Assembly: GCA_013239625.1 (NCBI GenBank)
Contig: MU054032.1
Location: forward strand, 62,001-126,000
Direction: 5' to 3'
DNA length: 64,000 bases
From: Lama guanicoe
Taxonomy: Eukaryota
Every line of letters begins with the position of its first letter. Positions within the stretch are counted from its first letter, which is position 1. Below are positions 12,571 to 27,000 of the stretch, piece after piece. The notes below the pieces were generated by a model. That model was not told the origin of the DNA. It made no database searches and saw only the letters and a list, made by a program, of their open reading frames with translations. Both the position numbers and the translations under genes were made by a program.

Positions 12571-13629
12571 GCATGCTTTTTATTTATCAAAGTAAAAATT
12601 TCAAAAACCTTCGAAACGTGATTATCCCACAAATATAAGATTAACATGAGCCAAGCATTTTAACTCACTGAGGGAACCAGTAAGATGGTAAAGCTGATTC
12701 CAGGAGTATTTAAGGAACTAGATATTTATAGGCATTAAAATAAGAATAATGAGCGTAAGATTGCAGGTTAAACAAAACTGGTTAGTGTCCTATAGGGCGA
12801 TAAAATCATAACTTTGGGACTAGCTTTTCTGTCAGTCAGAAATCTACAACTTAAGTAATTTCACAAAGTTCGAGCTTTAATCATTAAGTAGAAAAATCAA
12901 ACACAGGTTACCTTCTCCTAGAGGATCATCCTTGGGCAGACAAGTTTAACCATGTCCCAGTATGAACTGAAAGGTCATCTCTCCACTCTTTGCCTTATTT
13001 CCGTGTTTTGAGTAAATTTTTCTTAACAAGGCCCGTTCTAATCATTCCAGCCAATAACCACCTCTCCTCCTTTTATGCTCTCATTACTTTCTGTACTTCC
13101 ATTATAGGACTCAAATATCTTGGGTTTTGTACCATGCTTTGTTTTCCCAGTAGGCGCCTTTGAATCAGTGTTTGAGAGCTGGGGTTTAACCTCCCCTTTT
13201 AAAGGGATTTGAGCATAGCGTCCAATGTCTATAGTTCCCAACATCTGCCTTGCACATCATGGACACTAAGTCCTTTATGCTGAATATGAAGCCCCAAATA
13301 CTTTTTCCAAAACACCTTAGGGCACTTTCCTTAAACCTCCTTTGTGTTCTAATGAGCGGTGCACTGGCGTGCTTCTCCCTTACTCCACAGTTAAGTCACC
13401 CTCCAGAAGAGACAGGTACTGTTTTCCTCTTGGTTACTACCCCGCATTAGAGCCTAACCCAGTGCCTTGCTCAAAGCGGCACTTCGACAGACAACAGTGA
13501 GGAAAAAATGGGGAGCCCCCCCACATTTGATGTGCCCGGAAACACTGAGTGTCCTAGCCTCTCCATTACCGCAAACCTAGGATCTAATAACCTTCCTGTC
13601 ACACCTACAACACTAATACCTCAAAGCAG

Positions 13630-15080
13630 CTGCCAATGACGGCCCCAAATGGTAAATGTTTCTCCTCGATCAAAGACCTCAAATTTCCGCTGCCCCGAAC
13701 AGGGTTGCCAACCTCAGAAAAATGGCGGGGTGGACCCAGGCCTTGGTTCTGGAACTTAGCCCTTTTCCATAAATATCACCAGCAGAGGCTTTTCCCATTT
13801 TTTTTTGCGGTGGAATGTTTGCTCAGTGGGCCGCTTTACTCCCTCCTGAGTAACCAATCCCCCATTTCACTTTTCAAGCCTCCGGACTCCGTGCTTCTCC
13901 GCCTCAGCCTTCCTCCCGCAGTCAGCCCAGCCGTTTCTGGGGGAGATCGCCCAGAGCGCGTGGCCGGGCGGTTGGGTTGCCAACGGTTTTCCACCGCGAG
14001 GGGGGCAGCGCGGGAGGACCGGCGGGAACCAGTTGGGCGGGAGGCAGCGGACGTAGGGCGGGGCCAGCGCCGGGAAGGATCGCGAAAGAGCTGGGAGGCC
14101 CCGCCCTTTCCGTAGATATCTCTAGAAAGCCGCGCAGGGGCCCGAAAACAAAGAGTGCGCACGCGCGGCGGCGGGGCCCGGGCATTTTGCTGCGTCACCA
14201 GCCGCCGCCCGGCCTCACCACCCCTCGCTCGCACGCACGCACGTTCATTCTCCGTCCTCGCGCCCCTTTTCCTACACTTTCCTCTTCTCCCCGACCGGAG
14301 GAGTCGCGCTCCCCGCGCGGTGCATTCTGGGGACCCAGGTCTAGCCCGCCGCCGCCGCCGCCGTCGCTTGAGGGAAGCGAAAAGAGGCCGCGACCGGGGA
14401 GAAGACGCCGGAGTCGCCACCGGAGAGGAGTCGACTGCCCAGCAGCTGCCGCCGGAGAAGCCCGCCTACTCGTTCGCCCGTCCCCCTGCCCCGTTCACGA
14501 TGTGAGTGCGACACCCCGCCGAAGAAAGATCGTCCAGGAGGGAGGCCGAGGCCGCGCGGAGGGGGTTGCCGGGAAGCCGTTCCCTCCCCTCCCCCTCTTG
14601 CGGCCCCCTCGGCTTTTCCCTCTCGGTGGTAATCGTTCTTGCCTGGGGGTGGGAGGTCCGGTGTCCTTGTTCCGGTTACCGTTGGCCGGTGGAGGACATT
14701 TTTACTCCAGATAGCTGCTTCCCCCACCTCTAAACCGTCCCTCGGCTTCCCCGTGCGGGAAATCCCACTTTCCCCACCTCGGCAGTGCGGGTTGCTCCTA
14801 ACTCTCCGTAACTTAGCCGTAGGCCTTAATCTCCCGTGAGCTTTCCGCCATGCGGGCGCCCTGGAGGCGTGGACCCTCGTGGGTCTCAACTCCGGCCGCT
14901 CTGTGATGCTGGGAACAGGCCCGGGGCCAAATGCACCTGAGGTAGGTGCTACCACAGGCTGCTGGTGCTACTCGGGAGAGCACCACGCGGCCCGCCACCG
15001 CGAGCGACAGGTACTGCTAGGCAACTGGAGGGAGGCCATAGTGTCACTGCAACTTACTTCGCTCCAGGGTGTCGTGATTT
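13630..15080 (+). promoter_or_regulatory. PTGES3: PTGES3 CpG-island promoter and exon 1 region
   Basis: High CpG density. YY1-type aaaatggcgg (13719-13728), CCAAT (13855), GC box gggcggggc (14056-14064), CRE-like tgcgtca (14191-14197). Confidence 0.85.
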
Positions 15081-18000
15081 CTTGAGTATGGGTCTTTCCA
15101 GGCTTTCTCCTAACTCCAGTCTCTCGAAAGGAGTGAAGGTTGCCAAAACTCAGCGGTGTCCTTGGCAGCGGGGAGTTACCGTTGATAGAGCAGGGAGTTC
15201 TGCACGTGTTGGAGTGGAAAGATACTTGTGGATATTTTTTGTGTTTGTATTAAACTTTAGGCGAGATTTCATTATTCTATCTTAAGGATGGAGCAGGTAT
15301 GGGATTGCCTTCTTGTTGCCTTAAATTTACGTGGAGGTAACTGCAGATTTTTTTTTAGCAGTCTTTTATATGATAAACAAAAATCCTGGTGATTTTAACC
15401 GAAGAATTTTTGGCACTGCCAATTCCAGGCTTTTCATTCTTAGGAAAAGCTTTACCTTTTCCGATGTGAGAATTGGTGGTTTTATCGTTTCTTGGTACTA
15501 AGTGCTCCTTAAACGTTAAATATGAAGAGCAATTGAGGGAAACAGTTTTTTTCCCCACCCTGCGACCGCCCAGGCGAGGGGAACAATTTTTATTCCTTTA
15601 AAAAGTAGTGCACTTTCAAGGGTTTACTAAATGAAATAAGGAAATTTGCAGTGAGTATATTGGCCTAGAAGTCTAAGTGGAAAGTAAAGGATACATTACA
15701 GTCAGTTGATGGTGGAGAAGAAGCATGTATTACTGTAAAATGACATATTAGAATTTTGAGAGGATTCCCCCCAAAAAAGTATCTAATAGATTTTAATCTA
15801 TGTTTAATAGCTTGTGTTTTTGCTTTTTTCCTTTTGAAAACTATTCCAAATAATGTAAAATGATTGTCAGTGTTACAGCATCTATGAGGAGGAAATGAAT
15901 CCTCAGAAAAAGCATTACCAACTTTTAATGGATTAATGTAGCCAAAGTGTCTTCCACGAAGAAATTGCATGTTTAATATGGTTTGGAATAGAAACACTTA
16001 ACGGAGGTCATATAAAATAGTTTAATAGGTAAGAAATACTAAGTTATGTGAAATAGATAAAGAACTCATATGAAAAGTGTTAGTAGTATTCTAGAAAGGA
16101 GTATAATTAGAGGAATGCTACTTTCAAATTCTCTTTCTCATTCCCTTTAAAACTTTCAATATATACCGCCTTGCAAATTCTTTAGGGGGTCTTATTAATA
16201 ACTTGAATGAATTTACAGGATGAATGTTATGAGTCAGTTATTTGAGTTGGAAAAGACTTAATGGGTCATCCAGTCTTATGAAAAATCTGGCTGATGGTTT
16301 TATTGATCGGCTATAGACCTTATTTTATATGTGGAGACAATCATTGCTGGACATCTTAAGGATTTAAGAGCCTTTTTTTTTTTAATCATTTCATTGTTCT
16401 TTAGTAGTGATTTCCTAGACAAATTTCTCTTAAGTTTTTAAACTTTTGTCCAGTAGTTTGCATGAAAGCTCTCAGTCTCTCAGCTGCTTTAGAAAAGGCT
16501 GAGATTTTAGGACCTCTCCTCTTAAGAGCTGTCCAAGTCCCCTTCAGGGGGTGCTACTTTGCCTTTTTTTTTTTTTTTTTAATTATTGTAGTTGGTTCTA
16601 ATTTTAAGTTGAACCTATTAACAGTGGGTATAAAGTGAAATGTTTTATTTAGTTTTGAGGTATTTGAAGTCATTCTTTCTGGTATCTTGTACTTAAATTA
16701 ATAAATTGTCCAGAAATATACTGTGACCATCTCTAGCTTGATTAAAATCTTACTTGCTTTGCCATCATGCAGCTTTGTAGGACTGAGTCCCCAGAATAAA
16801 ATCATCGATCTTTAACCTCTGAAACAAATTATGACCATACAATTTATGGTTAATTTCTATAAGTTAAGGAAAAGTAACTAATGATAGCTTTTGTTCAGTG
16901 TTGATTTTGTAACCTGGCAACTGGATTTTCTTTTTTCTTTTTTTCTATGCTTAGTTAGACTTTAACTAGAAGGCAGTAGAGACTGGAAATGACAAATCAC
17001 TTGAGTGCAGACCAGTATGTATTATTGTTAATTAAGATTCTCCTGTTTAACTGTACTTTCTCAGTTTTAAAATCTTCTAGAGGCTGTGTTATTTTGGGGT
17101 CTTAGGTGGTTAGTGATTGTTGCTTTTCAAGAAAAATATCTGCAATATCAACTGTTTAGAATCAGCTTAGCTCTGAAACTCTTATAATCATGTTTTATCT
17201 GAGTTCTTAAATTGAGAATTGCTGCATCTAGTGTATTTTACTACAGAAACACAAAGTGTGTTTTAACAAACTTTTTATTATTTTACTGTGTAGATTGGCA
17301 ATGATAGATTTTATTTTTATATGTTTAAAAAATTTTTTTTGATAGAACTTTTTTTTTATTGCAGTGGTAAATTTTAAATTGAAGCTGACTTCCCCAGGAC
17401 ACTTTTGAAACTTCTGGTTTTCCGGGAAGATGCCAATTACTTTAAACGTTACCTTGAGCAGTATGCCCTCACCCGTGTTGTACTCCAAAGCCAAACAAAA
17501 TGTGCTGTTGTGGCTTTTCTGTGCAATAGTTGATCTCATGTAGCCACACTTTATTGCTAAAAAGTGTTTATGTCAGGGCCCTTTCCAACTCAGCGTGCTC
17601 AATTATCTTTCTGTGCTGGAAGGATCTAAGTCACAGAGAGGTGTTTTTAAAACTTTTAACATTGCATTCCCGGATCTAGCTTTTCAAATAAGAATTCACG
17701 GCACTGCTAATTAGTATAAAGGGCTGTCCCAAAAGAGGTTGGAACCCAGAATTTATGACAGAAGGCTTATTTTTTCCACTTTACAAAAAGCGAGAATGCT
17801 ATTCCAGGTGGTCCTTTTAATTCTAAGTAAATGTCTCTAGTTCAGCTTTATTATCTACCCTAAACTGTTTTTGTTAAAACTTGTGCCACTTTTTTACATA
17901 CTTTAAGTCCCAAGGCTCTGAAATTTGTCTGTATTGGAGGCAATGAGTGAGTGACCTTGTGTGAGTCTTATTTGTATGAAGAGAATTATTTTATCTGCTT

Positions 18001-21000
18001 TAGGGATCTTAAAAGGATGTATGCACAAAAGTAGGAATGTGAGAAGGTCATAGAGTTGCTTAAAAAAGGCAGTAAGTTTGGTATGGGGTAGTAGTATCTT
18101 TAAGTACAGCTTTCATCTTTACTATTTCAGAGTGGGAAGTACCAAAGGAAGGAACTGGCACAGAGGTTCACAGACATTCTTAATTCATCCCTTGGTGTCT
18201 TAGTGTTTTGGGGTTTTGTTGCTTTTTTTTTTTTTTTTTAATGGTGTTGCTAGGCCAAAAGGAGTAGCCTACCAGTTCCATTTATTAGATAGTTGGTTGG
18301 GTTCAAACAACTTTTAGTATTTTGTCCTAACAGCCTGGTAGCTCTTTGAAAAGCTAGTACAAATAAATCGGAAGAAAAATGTAGTTTCTTGTATAACCAC
18401 AGTAATGGAAGGTGTATGCCTTTTGGGCACTGTATAACTTTATACCTTGAAATTGATTGGATACTTCCATCTCGTTTCCTGTTCCCCATTGATTTTTTTG
18501 TGGGTGTCTCTTTTTCTTAATTATAGCAACCATAGCAACCACTGAACATCCAGTTTTGCAAAGATGAAGTTAGTGGAGAGGGATATAGTGCAGTCTGCCG
18601 TTGAAACTGAACCACTTACTGTCTTGACTGAAGTTGAGTATCACTGAATTCCTCTCAAATTTGAAATATCCTGTGGCAGCCATCCTCCATAGTCCTCTGA
18701 TTCACCTTACCATGTAGTGTAATTTGGGAATCACTGGACTTGGATATATATTCAGATCACGTTTCCAGAAAGTTTTACATATGGATTTCTCTGAGCAAAG
18801 AATATGTGTGAGAGAGAGTTTGGCTTTAGACATTTACCAGCAGGGCCTTTGATAATGCTTAACAAGGAAAAATTGCTCAGTCTGTGAAACTATTTTCTTT
18901 TTTAGCAGAATTTTCATGTTTCCGTATCATTCCTCACATAGTACGAACTGAAATAGATTTACCAGATTCTCGATTGTCTTTTGCAGATGACAGACCAGTT
19001 GACAAACTTAGTTTTAAAAAATCAATTACTCTGAACTTTAATAACATCTTTTTTCACTGCTGACTTTTTTCCCCTTGATTTTAATGAGTTTTCTTTTTCT
19101 TCTATAATCCTTGATATTTAAAAATATTCTCAGATGTATAAAAGATTAGTGAATCTAGTCTTTAAGAAGCTTTCCATTTAACTGGAAATGTTTAGCTTAT
19201 TCCTAAACGTAGAGGATGCTTACTCCATTATTAAGCTCTAGTAAAAAGCTAGTCTTCTGATTACTGTTGTTCTGTCTTAGAATTCAAAGTGATCTTTCAA
19301 TTCAAAAGATTCTCCATTAAAAAATAAACTCATAGTGGGGAAAGGTGTAGCTTAGTGGTAGAGTGTAGTGCTTAGCATGCACAGGGTCCCAGGTTCAATC
19401 CCCAGTACCTCCATTAAAAAATGATAATAATGATAAACCTAGTAACAACCACCAAAAATACTAAAAAATTAATAAACTCATAAGGGGAATATCATTACTT
19501 CTGAATAAAGTATGTGAGGTTGTATACTATTACAGAATATGATAACGTAATATAATGTATCTTTATAAATTTAAATATATAAATGAATTCTTTCGAAGTA
19601 CTAACAATGAAAGAACATTATTTTGTGATGTATAACCTATTTATATGTTAAGAAAGATAAAGCATAGCCAGTAATGGATCAGATCCTTTACCCCCATATT
19701 TCTTAGATGATTTTTGGTCTAAATTTCATCCAACTTGAATGTAAGCTTCTTAAGGGCAAAGAGTTTTACCTGTTCTGTTGACTGCTGTATCTCCAGAACA
19801 ATTCCTGGCACGATATTCCATAAATATTTGTTTATTGAATAACATTCAAACTCTAAATCTAATTTAGCTATGCAACTCTGCTATTTGAGATGCTTGATGG
19901 TGAGGGCTGGGACTAAGTGGGGTCTTCTACTGTTGGTCTTGTGCTGTATCACATCTTCAGTCAGATTCAACTATGTCATATAGATTAAAAAGTAGGTTGG
20001 TGGTCAGTAGTTGAAAGATAGTTTCTGAGAGTCATCTATAAATCAAATGTCTGATTTTTAGATTCTGTTAATTGAGACTTTGCTGTATTTTGGGAAATCT
20101 GGAGAAGAGAGACCACAAAATCAGTATATACCTTCAAAGTACATTTGACTTGTTTGTGAGTCCTTTATTTTGGAAATGTTTATTTTAGAAATATTTAGCT
20201 TATTGGTTATGTTTTGGTCAGACTCATCTTTTTCTTGACTGTAGATGATTACCGCAGACTCCCCATTAACAGATTCTACCCTTCCCCCTCCAGTTTTTAA
20301 AAAAAATCTAAAGAAGTTGGCTTTTCAGTGAAAAATTAATCCTCCTTTCACTTTTTTCTTACTTATTTTTTGGAGTGGTTAACAGGGATTGAACCCAGGA
20401 CCTTGTGCATGCTAAGCATGTGCTCTAACCACTTGAGCTATGTCCTCCCCCGACTTTTTTCTATTTGATTAATTTCTGTATGAGTCCATTAGTTGAAAAT
20501 TTAATAGGCTTAAAAGTATTTGTCTATTTTATCATAAAGATTGTTGTCAATTAGCACGTCTTTATATCACGTTTTACAGTTCCTTATATACTTTTACAAA
20601 AGTAGAGCATTTTGGTGGGGGGGTATTCAGTGGTAGAGTGCATGCTTAGCATGTGTCAGGTCCTAGGTTCAGTCCCCAGTGCCTCCTCTAAAAATGAATG
20701 AGTACACCTAATTGCCTCTCCCCTCAAAGAAACAAAAAAATTTTTAAAAATCTAATTGCCTCCCCTCTAAAAAAATAAATAAGCATTCTTATTAAAAGGT
20801 TGTTATTGTTATTATTTTCTCCAGTACATTTGTCTCTGTGTATTGAAGAGCCTAGTATTTTGTGACCAAATGATAGTATGCTAATTTTTTTCCAGTGATT
20901 TAGAGTAAGAATTTAGGTATTACCAGTGATTTGTCACATATGTGTATGGTAAAAACTTTTTATTAAAGAAACCAATCTGATTGGACACTATCATGACAGA

Positions 21001-24000
21001 TAAACAAATTTGGATGGGAAATAAGCCAAAGTGTTATGAAATTGTGTGTGATTCTATCAGATAAGCATGTGTATATATATCCCATGAGGTTGATCTAAGT
21101 CATACATTTCAGGGAGCCAAATTTGAGTTATTACGGTATTAACTAAGATTTGTAGGCCTCTCAGTTGAATACTTAGAATTTTTTGTTTTGCTGAATTCTC
21201 ACATACAGATCTCACAATTTTTTATGTTTTCTATGTAATGGTCCAGGGTACCTATTTACTAAAACTTGAACATTGGAAATTCTGACAGAAAAAGAAAATG
21301 AAAATGTTGGCACTTTGACCATAGTTTTGGTTATAGAGATAAGTCATGTGCTATAGAATTCTATTACAAATAAAATTTTTTTTCCTCTCAAGATTTACAA
21401 AGTTCTAAAGGGGTGATGGTGCAATTAACATTTTTTTAACTACCCAGTTACAGACTAAACTCTTTTCCACTGTCTCCAGAAACATCTATGACCTGGTCCT
21501 AACTTGGTTTTCAACCTTAAGTTTTTTGAACTTACCTCAGGCTTGAAGTGTTCTAATTGTCTTTTATTGTTCAGTCTGCCTTGCACATAGTAAACTATCA
21601 GAAAAGTTGCAATAATTGGGAAACGTTCCTTAGCACATTTTTTTCCATTTAGCTTTACTGGTTGTCTTCATCTCTTTACAACAGAATATCACAGACTGGG
21701 TAGCTTATCAACAGCAAAAATTGTTTGCCCACTGTTGGAAGTCCAAGATTTAGACACCAACATGGTCACCTTCTGGTGAAAGGTCCCATTTCCTGTTTTA
21801 CAGCTTCTTGCTGTGTCCTCACTGCAGTGGGAGGGGGCTTGGAGGTCTCTCTGGTGTCCCCCCTCTTTTTTTTTTTTTTTTATTTAAGTCAGAGGTACTG
21901 AGGATTGAACCCAGGACCTCACACATGCTAAGTATGTGTTCTACCACTGAGCTCTACCCACCCACCCTCTCGGAGCTTCTTTTAATAAGGCATGAATTTC
22001 ATTATGAGGGTTCTACCCTCATGACCTCAGCACCTATTAAAAGATCCCGCCTTCTAATACCGTCACGTTGAGTATTAGGATTTCAACATAAGAATTTTAG
22101 GGGGCGTGCATTTCAGATCACTGTACTGGTTCATACAGTCTTTAAAGGGTGATTGTAATTTTCTATAAGTTAAAAGTAGAACACACCAGATTCTAGCATA
22201 TTAAAAATGGTATTTGGAAACAAATGGGATTTTTACTCTGCCCTTTTAAGACAATGAAGTTTTAATCAAAACTACAGAGGAGAGATTTAGGTTATGCAAA
22301 ATTTAGTTGCTTGAATTGACATGGCCGTAATGTTGAGCTTGGAAGTGTTTGTCAGAAGAACTTAGACTATCCCACTGTGTGGATTTTTTGGGTATAATTT
22401 TGCTTTAAGTGGTGGCTTATTCACGTAACATGTGCAGAGGTGGAAGAAGTTTTTTCATCTATAGGTATGTTACTGTTAAAATGAATTAACAGATTTGCAT
22501 ACTAGTTAGGGATTTTGCTGGTGTTTGTGTAAGCTAGAGATAAGCTAAATCAACCTTTCTTTGGGTTAATGGGAGAAAAAGAAGTGTTGTGATTCTCATG
22601 GAAGACAAAAAGGGATTTCATCACATTGAATTTCCCTTTCAAATGAGTGAATATATGTGTTTATTTCTGGTTTAAGTTAAGCGTAGAGGTCCCCCCTTTT
22701 ATTCTTGATGGTTTAGATCAGGGTCACCTAGTAAATATTAGGCTTTACAGGCCACAAATACCTCTTTCGCACATTCTTGTTCTTATAACTATAAAAATAT
22801 AAAAACCATTTTTGGCTCCTGGGCCAACCCGTGGTTTGGATCATTTAATTTTGTTTTTATTATCTGATTTTATTAGTTTGCTAGGGTTACTATAACAAAG
22901 TATCAGAGTGGGTGATTTAAACAGTAGAAATTATTTCCTCACTGTTCTGGGGGGTGTTAGTCTGAGATCCAGGTATCAGAACAGTTGATTTCTTCTGAGG
23001 ACACTCTGCCTGGCTTGCAAATGACTTTCTTCTGTGGCCTCTTCACAGGATCTTCCCTCTGTAACTCCTAATAATCTCTTATAAGGATGCCAGTCATTGC
23101 CTACCCTAAGGCCTCATTTTACCTTATCTTTTTAAAGACCCTCTTTCCAAATACACATTCTGAGGTATTGGAGGTTTAGAACTTCAATATATGAATTTGG
23201 GACATGATTCAGCCCCTAACAGTGTTACAAGTTTAGATTACTTAATGTAAATTCAACGAAAGAAAAAAGATTCTCCCCTGGTTCCAGTGTCCTTGATATG
23301 AACAGAAACTGAAGTGCTTATATACTTGGTTTTTGATAGAACCATTGTAATAATCAGGTCACCATTCATATGTTGCCCCCTCTATTACTATAGGTTCTTA
23401 ATATGCAGCTTGACTTTAACAAACTGTAAACAGTATTGTTAAATATCTTCAGGTTATGTTGTTAAATGTGGCTACAAAAGCATGTTTACCAGAGTATTGA
23501 AGTAACTTTTTGTAAACATATTGGGAGAAGAATCCTCTCATTAATCAGATTATTTTTAGCGTTAATATATATTTTTTCTTTATACACACACACACACACT
23601 TTTTTTTTCCCCAAACAGGAAAGGTTGGAAGAATACTACAATGAATCCTCACGAACCCATTATCCTACTTCAGCATTATCAGTCCAGGATCATTCTTGTT
23701 TTTTCTACCTACCCCTTTCTTCCCAATGGATTTTATTTTGAAGAAAATCCCAGACATGGTTCTTTAAAATAAGGAACATCTGCAATCTGGATACCTTTGG
23801 CAAAAGGCAACTCTTATTTACCAGAAAAACAATTTCTAAAACTTAGAATAAGGGGAGAGTTTATATAGCCCAAGTGATAGAGCACATGCTCAGCATACAT
23901 GAGGTCCTGGGTTCAATCCCCAGTACCTCCTATAAAAATAAAGAAATACATAAACCTAATCCCCCCTCCAAACTAAATAAAAAAATAAATCATTCTTCTA

Positions 24001-27000
24001 AAACTTTAGAATAAATGACAAGTAGACAATCAGTCATAGCCAGATTTTTTGAGCTGTAGGTGTTGCATTCTTTGTTTTCTTGTGTCTTAATTGAATGGAA
24101 GAGGTTGGTTTTTTTTGGCTTTTTAAATTTTTTAATAATGCAATTTTACAGTTAGACTGGGTGGCTCTAAAGGAAGAAAGTATTCCATGCAAAAACCATG
24201 TAATATTATTTTATAGAAGAATTATGAATATAATCCCCATCTACTCATCTTCCAGATTAAACACTTACCAAACTTTTTTGTTTTGTCTATCCACATTTGC
24301 CACATTGCTTTATCTATTTTTTTCCTTAATTTAAAGCAAACCCCATGTACTTCTATTTTCATCGTGAATGGACTTTTTTCCCATAAAAACAATGCCCTTC
24401 ACACTTAACAAAGCTAATAGTTTACATGTCATCTAATAATCTGTCCATATCCAGGTCTTTACAATTTCTGTATTTTTTTTTCTTCTTTTTGGTTGTGGGA
24501 ATATTAGTGTTCTTTATGTTCAGTTGCTTGAATCAAGAGGCAGAGCACATTTACACATTGCACTTGTTTGATAACTCTTATGTCTTTCTTAATCTAGAAC
24601 AGTCTTCCCTCTTCTTTATGCCATTGATTTAAAAAATATTATGAATTGTCTCTTCTTGTGGTGTCATTTAACTTGTTTCTTTCTTCATATTTCCTTGGAC
24701 TGGAATTAAGTTTACTGTGAAATACATCGTGTTGATCAAATCAGTAGCTGAATGTCTAGTTGTCCCATTTTTAATGATGCTAAGATCCTAAGTTTTTATC
24801 TACTGTTCATCTAATCATTGTTAATGGTCCCATCCATTGATGAACACTGCCAAATCAGTGTAAAGGTTGCAAAATAGTGATTTTTAAAATTTTTGCTCCT
24901 CACATTTTATTCCACACCAAAGCTGGAATTCTGTAAAGAAGTTTCCTTCATAAACTGGTCCTGTTTAATTATGAATAAAGACTCATAAAGGGAAAGGAGG
25001 ATAAATGCCTAATTCTTTCTCTTTAATTGCCTGTTTGTAAAGAATTGAAACTATACTCTCTTCCATTGATCCAGAGTTATGGGTGGTTTGTATTATATTT
25101 TTAATCAATATAAACTCAGATTGTTTATTTTATTCAGTGTGCTTGGATCAGTTTGCAGTCATTCTTTCTGGTGCTCAGGTTGTCCTTGGTCAAGGAGAGG
25201 GAGACCCTAGTTGTTGCCTCCTGTTTTGACTGATCTCATGATTTTTAATACCTTCATTTGCACTAGGGATGTCTTGAGCTCAGTTATATTTTCCACTTTG
25301 AGGCTGAGGTCAACCATTTCACTATAGGAATTTATTTCCTTTTAGTTGAAAATAAATAGTATTTTGGCACTGGAGTGTTCATTGACCTATATTTTTATTG
25401 TTCGTGCTTTTTAAGAGATCTGTTTACTTAACTTTAAATGCCAAGGTTCATAAATTTTCAAATTAAAAAAATTTTTTTTCCTTTCCAGTTTATTGAGGTA
25501 TAATTGACATACAGCAGCATTGCATACATTTTGGGGAGGTAATTAAGTTTGTTTATTTATATGGAGGTACTGGGGATTAAACCCAGGACCTTGTGCTTGG
25601 TAGGCATGTGTTCTACCATAAGCTATACCCTCCCCTGCTAAAGTTTTAACTATATATTAAGTTAAACTCTGAACATGTTACCGCATTGAGAATACTGTTT
25701 TTGGCAAGAAAATCAACTAGAAATAATGTTTGGCATATTGGGACCTGACCTGTTCATAAAACTCCTTAATTGTTTATTAGCTATATATTAACATAACAAC
25801 ATTAGAAGTTGTGACTCTTAGTCCTCCTTAGGTTAGATGTTTTTTTCAAAGGCATTTTAAAATGTCCCCCTCCCTGTCCCTTTTTAAAATTTTTGTATAT
25901 ATACATTTTTTATTATAGTCAGTTTATAATGTCAGTTTCTTATGTACAGCTTAATGGTTCAGTCATACATGAACATACATACATTTCTTTTCATATTCTC
26001 TTTCACCATAAGTTACTACAAGATACTGAATATAGTTCTCTCCCTTTTAAATCTGCCAGTAGATGCCTAAAGAAATAGCTTTTACTCTTGCTGATTGTTA
26101 GTATTTAGGCTTTGGAAATTGCCATCTATAATTTTTAACTAAAGATCTGATATCGGTGTTCTAGGATAGAGTGTGACTAGTCAAGTTTATCAGTTGTGTA
26201 AAAATGTTAATGAGCATTTGGCTGCAACTTTGGAACTTGAAACTGTACTCCTTAGAGTTGGGAATTTCAGAGCTCAAAAACAAAACAGTTCCTTTCAGTG
26301 ACTTAGTGTTTGAACTAATTTTTTAAAATTTTATTTTGAAGTTTTAAGTTTACAGAAAAGTTGCAAAAATACAAAGAATTCCTGTATAGCCAATAACTTT
26401 GATTTTTAGACAAGCAGCACACGCTTATTTTTAAAAAATAATTGAAACAGTTGAGTGATGTGGTGCTACTTCTTTTCTGTCATCTTTCTGACTCATTCTT
26501 TAGAGGCAAATGCTGTTAATTTGTGTGTATGTTATTCTCCTTGGAATTTTTATGCATGTGTAAATATTAATCTAACAAGTCTTAAAGATGACAAAGAAAA
26601 ATTTTAAAGTATTTACCGCATACAATCTTTATTGCCTGTTAACCAACCGTATTTGACCATATTTGCTTCTAGTGAATTTTTAGCTGTATCTAAAACATAA
26701 TTTCAGTGGATGGATAGAAATATGGGCAGCTGACACTGAAGAATACAGGAGTCTGTTACAGGGGACAGGAGCTGATGAATAATAAGGAAAAAGCAACTAT
26801 TCCAGGTTGCTTCTAGTATAGTGAATATTGGATGCAGATATAGATTAAAAGATGAGGCTGTAAAGAAGTTTAATTCTTTACCTAATGTCGTTGTTTAGAA
26901 TCATAAAAGTTTCTTATGTAGTCAGCTGTAGGTGAGAACTTTTTTGAGGACAAATACTGCCATTTCTCATACTTCTTAATTCTTCCCTCAGTTCCTAGCA

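Noticed and set aside
13038..13244. 68-aa - strand ORF upstream of the PTGES3 promoter (possible divergent gene)
   Set aside because: No recognisable homology, a weak acceptor context and no supporting exon chain.
13636..14955. Long overlapping ORFs (159-245 aa) on both strands
   Set aside because: Expected from stop-codon depletion in a CpG island. The translations are low-complexity and R/P/G/A-rich.
19337..19415. tRNA-Ala(AGC)-like sequences here and at the other SINE heads
   Set aside because: They have stem mismatches, A-rich tails and TSDs, so they are SINEs rather than tRNA genes.
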